Translations under genes and position numbers: made by a program
Notes under the pieces: model-generated
What the model was told of the DNA's origin: nothing
The model's database searches: none
What the model saw: only the letters and a program-made list of their open reading frames with translations
Virus record (IMG/VR): IMGVR_UViG_3300031251_000004
Span: 1 to 64,000 of that record
Source: a virus
DNA: 64,000 nucleotides
Reading direction: 5' to 3' (one strand)
Shown: positions 50,589 through 58,260 of the stretch, one piece after another
Layout: each line of letters starts with the position of its first letter
Numbering within the stretch: the stretch's first letter is position 1

Positions 50589-51571
50589 CAATGCAATTTC
50601 AAACTAACTATCTTCCAACTACTGGCTCGGATGCAATTTTTCAATTCAAGACTTTTCTTGTTAGCGTTATGGGCTGGACTGTAATTCAATCATCGGATGG
50701 AACAACGGTATATTCTGGTGATGGATTGTATCATTATCATCCTGGACCAAACGGATTAGCAAATGACAGAGCTTGGTTCACAATTCAAGTCGCCGGCTCA
50801 ACAAGACAATTTAGTTTCCAACACGTTGACAATGTAATTGATATATTCACAAATAAGACTTGGAGAATAAAATATAGTTATTTTGGATTTGATACACCAA
50901 ATTATCTTAGACCATTCGTTGCAACTCCACATTCATCCAGTGGCGATGATCAAGTTATCTATGGTGGTGGTACAGATACATTTCCAACATTCGGAACATT
51001 ATTTAAACAAGACGGAACATACACACAACAAATTATGGGAGACCCTGCGACTAATGCGGTATGTTTCTTTTGTCATACTAATGAAATGGTTATACCGCCA
51101 ACCGCATTTGTATTCGATGCGATGGCAACAGGAAGTTATGATCCTAGTGATATTGAACCATACATAACTTATGTATCCGGTAATACATTAAATACTTTCA
51201 GCGTAGCAGATCTGAATGACAATACCGCTCCATATTGTCCTGGCGGCTGGTTATACAAAGGATTACCAGGAGAAGGGTTTGCCAAGATTCCAGGATTAAC
51301 ATTTGCTAATTATGATAGTGGATATTCAGTTCCATATAATATTGGAAGCAACTCATATACATTCCAGGATCAGTTTTTCCCAATTGTGTACGCTCGACCA
51401 ACACTCACGCCTCCTGTGCCACCAGCTGGATATAAAGGAGTATCTTCATTAATGCAATGGTGTGGTACTCAACGCGTTAAATTAGGGGTAATAGGATTAG
51501 CTGCACCAGGAGATCATGTTATAGTAAATAACGTCGTACTGCCTTGGAATAATACAGCATTAATAACATAA
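50585..51571 (+). CDS. Putative virion protein, paralog 2 of 3
   Basis: Same motifs as 49650..50588. Confidence 0.7.
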   Translation: MTMQFQTNYLPTTGSDAIFQFKTFLVSVMGWTVIQSSDGTTVYSGDGLYHYHPGPNGLANDRAWFTIQVAGSTRQFSFQHVDNVIDIFTNKTWRIKYSYFGFDTPNYLRPFVATPHSSSGDDQVIYGGGTDTFPTFGTLFKQDGTYTQQIMGDPATNAVCFFCHTNEMVIPPTAFVFDAMATGSYDPSDIEPYITYVSGNTLNTFSVADLNDNTAPYCPGGWLYKGLPGEGFAKIPGLTFANYDSGYSVPYNIGSNSYTFQDQFFPIVYARPTLTPPVPPAGYKGVSSLMQWCGTQRVKLGVIGLAAPGDHVIVNNVVLPWNNTALIT

Positions 51572-51583
51572 CGGAGAGTTTCA

Positions 51584-52585
51584 ATGACATATCAGTTTAA
51601 TCAAAATCTTACACCAACCGACGGATGCAATGCTATTTTCTTATGGAAACAATTCATGGTTGGAGCGCCTGGATGGTCAGTTATTGCCTCTTCTGATGGC
51701 ACGACAAACGCTAATAGCGATGTTATTACATCAGGTGGTACAGGAGCTGGTGGATTACTAAATACCAGAGCATGGTTCGTTATCAAACAGCCTGCTTCAA
51801 CAAGACAGTTTTGCTTTCAGACAATAGGCGTTCACGCACCACCAGCTAGCCCAAATGCTGCAATGTGGAGGGTAAAATATTCTCCAACAGGATTCATAAA
51901 TGGTGGAGGTCCAACAATAACCCCAACGGCAAACACAAGTTCATTTACCGGAGTTGAAGACGCCGGAGTAGTCCTTGGTTCTGCAATAGGCACAGATGCC
52001 TCCCCACTTGGAGCAGCGCTATTCGGATTAGACGGCACATACAGAATGCATATGATGGCAGATGATACTGCACCAAATGGATTTTATTGGTTCTGCACAA
52101 CTATACCAACAACCAGTATATCATCAGGATTCTGTTTTGACCCACTTGCAACTGGAACATTTCCTGGTGGTGATACCGATCCTTATGTCGTATATCACGC
52201 AACAAACTCATTTGCTAAAATTCTTTCAATAACAGGTCAAACAACTGCACCGTTGAGCTTTCTAAGGAGAGGTATGACTGGTGAAACATTTGATCATTTA
52301 GCAGCCGGTATGTTCTGTGCAGACAGCGGTAATACACCACTAATAGGCGGATTACCATCTAATCCAACCAATGGAACAGACGATCTCTTGCCAATGATTT
52401 ATGCTAGACCAACATTATGGAATAGCGTTGGACAACCATCAGGCTATAAGGGGGTTGCATCACTTGTCAAATGGTGCAGCACTGCTAGAACTACGACAGA
52501 CATGCTTTCAGTTGTAACGCCTGGTGACAGGATCGTTGTTGGTAATTCCACTTTTCCATGGAATAATGTTAACCCAAGCATATAA
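51584..52585 (+). CDS. Putative virion protein, paralog 3 of 3
   Basis: Same motifs as 49650..50588. Confidence 0.7.
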   Translation: MTYQFNQNLTPTDGCNAIFLWKQFMVGAPGWSVIASSDGTTNANSDVITSGGTGAGGLLNTRAWFVIKQPASTRQFCFQTIGVHAPPASPNAAMWRVKYSPTGFINGGGPTITPTANTSSFTGVEDAGVVLGSAIGTDASPLGAALFGLDGTYRMHMMADDTAPNGFYWFCTTIPTTSISSGFCFDPLATGTFPGGDTDPYVVYHATNSFAKILSITGQTTAPLSFLRRGMTGETFDHLAAGMFCADSGNTPLIGGLPSNPTNGTDDLLPMIYARPTLWNSVGQPSGYKGVASLVKWCSTARTTTDMLSVVTPGDRIVVGNSTFPWNNVNPSI

Positions 52586-52594
52586 TAGGTAAAT

Positions 52595-52870
52595 ATGGTT
52601 GTTGGAAATGATTATGTAACACCATTCGCTATACTCACTTTTGCTGTATATGGATTAAAACCATATTCTGCCGAGGATTTAGTCAGTGACTTTTTTACTG
52701 AATCAACTTCAACTCAGGCGTTTTTAGCACAATCATTATTAGATTCATCATTTATCTCTATTGAATCAACGACAACACGACCGTTTTTATGTGAATTACT
52801 TTCGGAGTCATCGTTTAATTCACAAGAGTCAAGCGCCATAACACCATTTGAAGTAGGATGTTTTTCTTAG
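52595..52870 (+). CDS. Small acidic repeat protein
   Basis: ~21-aa PF.AE.L...SF repeats. Confidence 0.6.
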   Translation: MVVGNDYVTPFAILTFAVYGLKPYSAEDLVSDFFTESTSTQAFLAQSLLDSSFISIESTTTRPFLCELLSESSFNSQESSAITPFEVGCFS

Positions 52871-52882
52871 TAAGGAATACCA

Positions 52883-53233
52883 ATGGGCGCAGAATGTTTA
52901 TCCGATGGAAGTTTTACATTAGTTGAAGGGATCATATCTCCATTCAGTGCTGAATCACTAATTGATGATCAATTTACTCTTAGTTATGGAAATATGGTTC
53001 CATTCATTGGAACATTTTGGGGATGCAGTACTATAAATGGAGAACCTTGTGGCAACATTGCTACATACTATAAAATGATTGCACGAGATCCGGACTGCAC
53101 ATCGTTATCATATGTATCTTGGGTAGTATTAAATCAACCCGATATTGACGGATCTATGTATACGGGTCCAAGATGCGGTACAAGTAGCTTGCAAGATATA
53201 GCAATAGAAGCTAAATGGATTATACAACTATAA
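52883..53233 (+). CDS. Small protein with repeat N-terminus and fibre-type module at C-terminus
   Basis: YYKMIA...YVSWVVLNQPD resembles the N-termini of 20587 and 48707. Confidence 0.65.
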   Translation: MGAECLSDGSFTLVEGIISPFSAESLIDDQFTLSYGNMVPFIGTFWGCSTINGEPCGNIATYYKMIARDPDCTSLSYVSWVVLNQPDIDGSMYTGPRCGTSSLQDIAIEAKWIIQL

Positions 53234-53768
53234 GCGACATAACGGCATCAATAAATCTAATACGCTCCTGAGCGCTATCTGTACTTATATTATAGTATTT
53301 GATTGAAAACATTTCCAATAATAATTTAAGCATAGAATCGATACTAACTACCGCATCCCAATTTAATTGTTCACGAACACCATCACTTTTTAGTGTTGCT
53401 TTTGATGGTCGAACGAAGAATATGGTTGCGTCTTTTAGGGCTGTTATGTATTGCTCGAACTCTGGTCGTTTGACGAGTTCGTTTACTATTGTTGAATGTT
53501 GAGCCGAATAGGCAACTGCGTCAAGAAGCGACCTATCAGCCACAAATGATGTTAGTTTAGATTCTTCTAGTAATTGACGGTTGAACACCTCTGTTTGATA
53601 TGAGTTAACTGTTTCAATATCGGAACGCAGTGAATCAATTTGAAGTTCTCGTTCGCTTAGCACTTGTCTAGCACATTCAGGAAGTATAGGTAATTTATAC
53701 TTTTCTGATGTATAACGAGTTAGAGTTGTTTTGCCTGTTGATTGGGCACCAACATAATAAACTTTCAT
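53220..53768 (-). CDS. NadR/AAA_28-type P-loop NTPase/kinase
   Basis: GAQSTGKTT, LPECAR, ADRSLLDAVAY. Confidence 0.85.
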   Translation of the reverse strand: MKVYYVGAQSTGKTTLTRYTSEKYKLPILPECARQVLSERELQIDSLRSDIETVNSYQTEVFNRQLLEESKLTSFVADRSLLDAVAYSAQHSTIVNELVKRPEFEQYITALKDATIFFVRPSKATLKSDGVREQLNWDAVVSIDSMLKLLLEMFSIKYYNISTDSAQERIRFIDAVMSLIVV

Positions 53769-53787
53769 AATTTATTTTCTTTCTAAT

Positions 53788-54456
53788 TTATAATACGACG
53801 AAATCTCTATCAATTAATAATACTAATGTGGTTGCGTCTTTTGCGAACCCAAGTTTCTGAACTATATTGCCAGGATTTGATGGCGGGGTAGCAGAATATT
53901 TTCCTGGGATTACATCTAAATAATAAGTTGCCGTTGTTATCAATCCTGATTGCCCTGTTAGTTCTCCATAATACATTACTACTGCTTGTGTTAGTGATGG
54001 CTTAGATTGAACAACGCCAATTACTGGTTGAGCAAATGGTTCGAATGCATATGCCTGATCTACATAATCTGATGAAGTTAAATACACAACATCATTAACA
54101 TTAACATTTGTTGAACAAGCGTATGTTCCTGATACTGCACCAGATTGTTCGAATGGATTACCAGTTCCATTAGTTATACCATTACGATTTAAAAATCCAG
54201 TGAATACCGGATCGAATGACATTAAGTTTACATTACTCTGAAACGCTTTTATACTCTTTGTCCGAAATTTATGATATAACTCGCCTTTTATTAAGGATGA
54301 TTTTATTTCTTCCTCTGATATACCGCGTATCTTCATTAGATCAATATAAGCGCCTGGACCGACTGGATTATTGAATATATTAATCCATCTGGTAGTAATA
54401 TTTTGCACTACAAATGTAATATCAGTAGGATTTTTTCTGTAAGCAAAAACATTCAT
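53788..54456 (-). CDS. Putative virion decoration protein
   Basis: C-terminal VYL..A...VIGVV..YYL..PG...PP...IVQKLGFA domain. Confidence 0.55.
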   Translation of the reverse strand: MNVFAYRKNPTDITFVVQNITTRWINIFNNPVGPGAYIDLMKIRGISEEEIKSSLIKGELYHKFRTKSIKAFQSNVNLMSFDPVFTGFLNRNGITNGTGNPFEQSGAVSGTYACSTNVNVNDVVYLTSSDYVDQAYAFEPFAQPVIGVVQSKPSLTQAVVMYYGELTGQSGLITTATYYLDVIPGKYSATPPSNPGNIVQKLGFAKDATTLVLLIDRDFVVL

Positions 54457-54476
54457 ATCAATATAATACGAAAAAA

Positions 54477-54647
54477 TTAGCCTATTTGTATTAGTTCATT
54501 GAACTGTTGAGCAGTTAGTTCGACTGAATTAGCAATAGTTTCTAATGGCTTATCATTATTTTTTGCTACGATCGTTATTATGATTTTATTTGGAGATGAA
54601 GATTTAGATACTTCTATATAGGAATGATCTTTGAATTGAATTTTCAT
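54477..54647 (-). CDS. Small hypothetical protein (56 aa), not in ORF track
   Basis: ATGA overlap with the map stop; MKIQFKDHSYIEVS...NELIQIG. Confidence 0.55.
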   Translation of the reverse strand: MKIQFKDHSYIEVSKSSSPNKIIITIVAKNNDKPLETIANSVELTAQQFNELIQIG

Positions 54648-55471
54648 TGAAAATATATTTCTCTTTCTATTCCTTCACCATCACGATGAGTTATAATTTC
54701 TAAATGATCTGAATGCAGGAACATTGAGTGCTCACAATGGCTTCCAACCTCTGGCGTCATTACGCTCCAACCATCATCTGCTGTTTTAGTATAAAAATTA
54801 CTTGATCTAATTGTTGCTTGAGGCTCGATTGCAATCGTCATACCAGCACACGCGCGGACTCCATCATTAATTGATGAACGATTTGGTATAAATGGTTGAG
54901 CGTGAGGAGTATCATACCCGATCCCATGACCTCCATAATTAACTACAACATCGTATTTATCTTTTAGTGTTTTATAAATTGCATCACCTATACTACCAAT
55001 TTTCTTTCCTATTGATATGGATTTTATTCCAGCATATAGTGATTGCTTTGTAGCTTCTGATAGATCGGTATATTCTTTTTCAGCTGCGCCATAAAAACAA
55101 GTAATAGCACTGTCTGCAATACTACCATTATAGGTGGCGCCAAGATCGAAACTTACTTTATCGCCTTCTTGCAAGATATATTCATTTGGTATTCCGTGAA
55201 CCAACTGCTTATTTACACTAATACACACTCCACACGGAAATCCCTTATAATTTTTGAACGTAGCCGTACAACCATTTTTTTCTATGTACTCCTCAGCTAT
55301 ATTATTTAGCTCAAGCATAGTCATAGTTGTTTTTTCTTTTACCGCATTCTCCAGTAATTGCAGGGCGCCAGCAACAACTTTGCCAGCAATACGTTGTCGT
55401 TCCAGCCAAGTATTATCTTGCAATATTATAAAATCGCTAATTGAAGATTTATTATTCAATTGTAATCTCAA
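54644..55471 (-). CDS. map: Methionine aminopeptidase type I
   Basis: CISVN..VHGIP, DLG..ADSAIT, YGGHGIG, AIEP, HCEHS. Confidence 0.93.
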   Translation of the reverse strand: MRLQLNNKSSISDFIILQDNTWLERQRIAGKVVAGALQLLENAVKEKTTMTMLELNNIAEEYIEKNGCTATFKNYKGFPCGVCISVNKQLVHGIPNEYILQEGDKVSFDLGATYNGSIADSAITCFYGAAEKEYTDLSEATKQSLYAGIKSISIGKKIGSIGDAIYKTLKDKYDVVVNYGGHGIGYDTPHAQPFIPNRSSINDGVRACAGMTIAIEPQATIRSSNFYTKTADDGWSVMTPEVGSHCEHSMFLHSDHLEIITHRDGEGIEREIYFQ

Positions 55472-55718
55472 AATTACGCCCTATTGAATTGAATATACTA
55501 TATGGAACATGATCAACTTTTTCATATTCTATGCCATCAGCATCTAATGCTTCCCTTGCTTTACAACGCATACATTGTACTTTTATACCAGGTGTAAAAC
55601 TATGTGTTGGCTGTCCTGTTTCTAAATCAGTACCAAAACTATATGAACCGCCTTGTACATAACAAGAACATCCCCCAACAGTCATCGATTTAACTATAGC
55701 TATTGTATTTTCGTGCAT
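55452..55718 (-). CDS. Small hypothetical protein (CxC...CxxC)
   Basis: ORF in operon. Confidence 0.6.
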   Translation of the reverse strand: MHENTIAIVKSMTVGGCSCYVQGGSYSFGTDLETGQPTHSFTPGIKVQCMRCKAREALDADGIEYEKVDHVPYSIFNSIGRNFEITIE

Positions 55719-55721
55719 AAA

Positions 55722-56078
55722 TTACTCCTGATCTGCTGGTGCTTCTACTGCCGTCATTCCTTTATCATCAACCACAACTTTTGGTGCTGGCTGTTCTGAT
55801 GTTTTCTTTATACCTGAAAACTTCTTCATCACTGCTTCTGTATCCTCAGTTGAGGTAGCAGAAAAATGACGAACCTCGGTTTTTACTACTGGTTCTTTAC
55901 CTACAAGGGTTAGGTCTAGTTTTAATGTTAGGCTAACAATTGTTTGATCAAATGTTTTTACACAATTTTGAACATTCTTAAGATCTTCTCGTGTTAGCTT
56001 TATACTTTCGTTATTGACTGAAGTTGCCATGAAGTTTCTAACTGTAATTAGATTTGCAATATCTTGTAATAATTTCAT
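55722..56078 (-). CDS. Hypothetical protein
   Basis: ORF in operon. Confidence 0.65.
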   Translation of the reverse strand: MKLLQDIANLITVRNFMATSVNNESIKLTREDLKNVQNCVKTFDQTIVSLTLKLDLTLVGKEPVVKTEVRHFSATSTEDTEAVMKKFSGIKKTSEQPAPKVVVDDKGMTAVEAPADQE

Positions 56079-56079
56079 T

Positions 56080-56355
56080 TTAGCTCTTCCTTGTTATAGT
56101 GCCATCTTCGCCAAGAAGATCACCATCTGATAGGCGGTACTTTACTGCAAAACGCAGTACTAAGTTGTTATACGTTAGATCTGCTGTTTCACTTTGAGAA
56201 ACAGCAAGTTTAGCGTTTGCTATTGCTGTTTCTCGTTTTGATTTTGCCAAATCAAGAGCTGCTTTGTCAGCGTCTTCTAAGCGCTCAGAAACTTGAACGC
56301 TTACTGGTTGAGTTGGTGCTGGTTGTGTTGATACATCTGGTGTTTGATCGGACAT
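56080..56355 (-). CDS. Hypothetical coiled-coil protein
   Basis: AAGGAG RBS; promoter upstream. Confidence 0.7.
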   Translation of the reverse strand: MSDQTPDVSTQPAPTQPVSVQVSERLEDADKAALDLAKSKRETAIANAKLAVSQSETADLTYNNLVLRFAVKYRLSDGDLLGEDGTITRKS

Positions 56356-56395
56356 AATTGTTCTCCTTTACCCGTATACTGGGCTTTCAGTAAAC

Positions 56396-56423
56396 AATAT
56401 ATCACTGATTATTTGTCTGTCAA
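56396..56423 (-). promoter_or_regulatory. sigma70-type promoter
   Basis: TTGACA-N16-TATATT with extended TG. Confidence 0.55.
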
Positions 56424-56452
56424 CAATTTTTATTATTTTTATTTTAGCTATG

Positions 56453-57799
56453 TTATAGTATTTCTGAGGCTAATGTAGCAAGCGGTGAGCGCTCACCTTT
56501 TGTTAGTAAAACGCTTCCGCATATATCATAACCTTTGAATTTCTCAATAGCATGTATAAGCGCATTATTAGCAGAGTCTAATTGCATATTATCTATTTGT
56601 TTTAAATCACCTAACAGTACTACTTTGCTACCTTCGCCTATTCTTGTAATCATTGTTTTTAGTTCATGAAGGCTACTGTTTTGTACTTCGTCAATAATAA
56701 TAAATGCATTTGGTAATGAACGCCCTCGAAGATATGAAAGAGCTTCCATTTCAATAAGCCCGCGTTCCATCATTAGAGATAGGTATGGATCTACACCTTC
56801 TTTATTATTTTTATTCATTTTAGAACTTGAGTTTTTTATTAGAAAATTCAAATTATCTCTAAATGATGCTAAGAACGGTGATAGTTTTTCTGCCTTATCG
56901 CCTGGAAGGGTACCAAGATCTTTACCAACTGAAACTATTGGCTTCATTATTATTAGTTTTTCATATCGTTTTTCTTGAGATTCTAAAACGCTATGCAATC
57001 CAGCAGCAAGCGATAGTAATGTTTTACCAGTTCCACTCGGACCAGCCAATGAAACTAAGTTAACCGAGTTATCCAGCAAAAGATCTAATGCGAAGTTTTG
57101 CTCTGAACTTTTCGGAGAAATACCAAATACATTTTTATGTTTTCTAATTTCAATTATTTCTTTTTTATTAGCATGAAATCTTCCATATCCAAGCAACTCT
57201 TCTTTTGAAGACTTTAATACTAAAATATCATTAGCTCGTAATTCGTGTTTTTCTATAAAAACATCATGAACTTCTATGGAATGATTGCCAAAAAACTCAT
57301 TCATTTGTTCACCATCTATTTCGAGTTCTCTTACGCTATTATATATTTCATCAGCAGATTTGTATCTATCTTTTGTATAGTCTTCTGCTGATAGCCCGAG
57401 AGCTTTTGCGCGTATGCGCAATGCAATATCTTTGCTAATTAGTATTACTTTTTCAGTACGATTTAGTTTATTAAGTTTTAATGCGCAAGACAATATTCTA
57501 TTATCACCATATAAAAATGTTCCTAGTGATTTATCTTCCTCGGTGTTATTATCTATTTTTAATAGAATATTATTTTCTAACTTTATACCTTTTTCAATAT
57601 CTTTATTATTTGGTAATAATCCATCCAATGTTCTAATAACTGTTCTTGCATTCTTACCAGTTTCATCAAGAAACTTCTTTAGTTTATCTAACTCCTCTAA
57701 GACTGTAATTGGTATAACCACTATATTATCACTAAAAGATTTAAAACTCATAGGATCATACACGAGAACTGATGTATCAAGAATATAGATTTTTTTCAC
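56453..57799 (-). CDS. phoH: PIN-PhoH (PhoH2-type) protein
   Basis: ILDTSVL..LEELD PIN domain; GPSGTGKT, RGRSL, IIDEVQN, GDLKQID; GGAG before GTG at 57799. Confidence 0.92.
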   Translation of the reverse strand: MKKIYILDTSVLVYDPMSFKSFSDNIVVIPITVLEELDKLKKFLDETGKNARTVIRTLDGLLPNNKDIEKGIKLENNILLKIDNNTEEDKSLGTFLYGDNRILSCALKLNKLNRTEKVILISKDIALRIRAKALGLSAEDYTKDRYKSADEIYNSVRELEIDGEQMNEFFGNHSIEVHDVFIEKHELRANDILVLKSSKEELLGYGRFHANKKEIIEIRKHKNVFGISPKSSEQNFALDLLLDNSVNLVSLAGPSGTGKTLLSLAAGLHSVLESQEKRYEKLIIMKPIVSVGKDLGTLPGDKAEKLSPFLASFRDNLNFLIKNSSSKMNKNNKEGVDPYLSLMMERGLIEMEALSYLRGRSLPNAFIIIDEVQNSSLHELKTMITRIGEGSKVVLLGDLKQIDNMQLDSANNALIHAIEKFKGYDICGSVLLTKGERSPLATLASEIL

Positions 57800-57852
57800 T
57801 GTTATCTCCGTTTGCAAGAAATTATTTACATAGAACTAATTTATATTGATTA

Positions 57853-58221
57853 TTACTCCTTTCCGTTATCTTGTTCAAAAACTGTCCAAAATTCAATATT
57901 CATTTCCATATATAATTTCTTGTTTGGATCAACCTGCGATAGATCCTTTTTCATTTTATATGTTGGTTTTTTCCATTCCGCAATAAGCTCTTTTTCTGCA
58001 AAAATCTTCAAGCAACCGTCGTGAGACTCAATAATAGTTATCCCATAAAACTCCAATGACTTTCGAGTTCTTATCTTATCTTCAATAGAAAGAGGCTCCT
58101 CGGATTTGTAGTTTATGTCTACTTCGAGAGCCTCTAAAATTGTCTTGATGAAACGGGATTGCTCCTGCGTTTCTATATTTTTAGTATTTTCGTTTCGTTT
58201 AAGTAAGATGGTATAACGCAT
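57853..58221 (-). CDS. Hypothetical protein
   Basis: 122 aa ORF with candidate late promoter upstream. Confidence 0.65.
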   Translation of the reverse strand: MRYTILLKRNENTKNIETQEQSRFIKTILEALEVDINYKSEEPLSIEDKIRTRKSLEFYGITIIESHDGCLKIFAEKELIAEWKKPTYKMKKDLSQVDPNKKLYMEMNIEFWTVFEQDNGKE

Positions 58222-58260
58222 ACTGTCTTAATATAATACGAAAAAAATAGTAAATCTAAA

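Noticed and set aside
20668-52038. Numerous short overlapping or antisense ORFs inside fibre genes
   Set aside because: Expected by-products of Gly/Thr/Ser codon bias, with no RBS or protein-like features.
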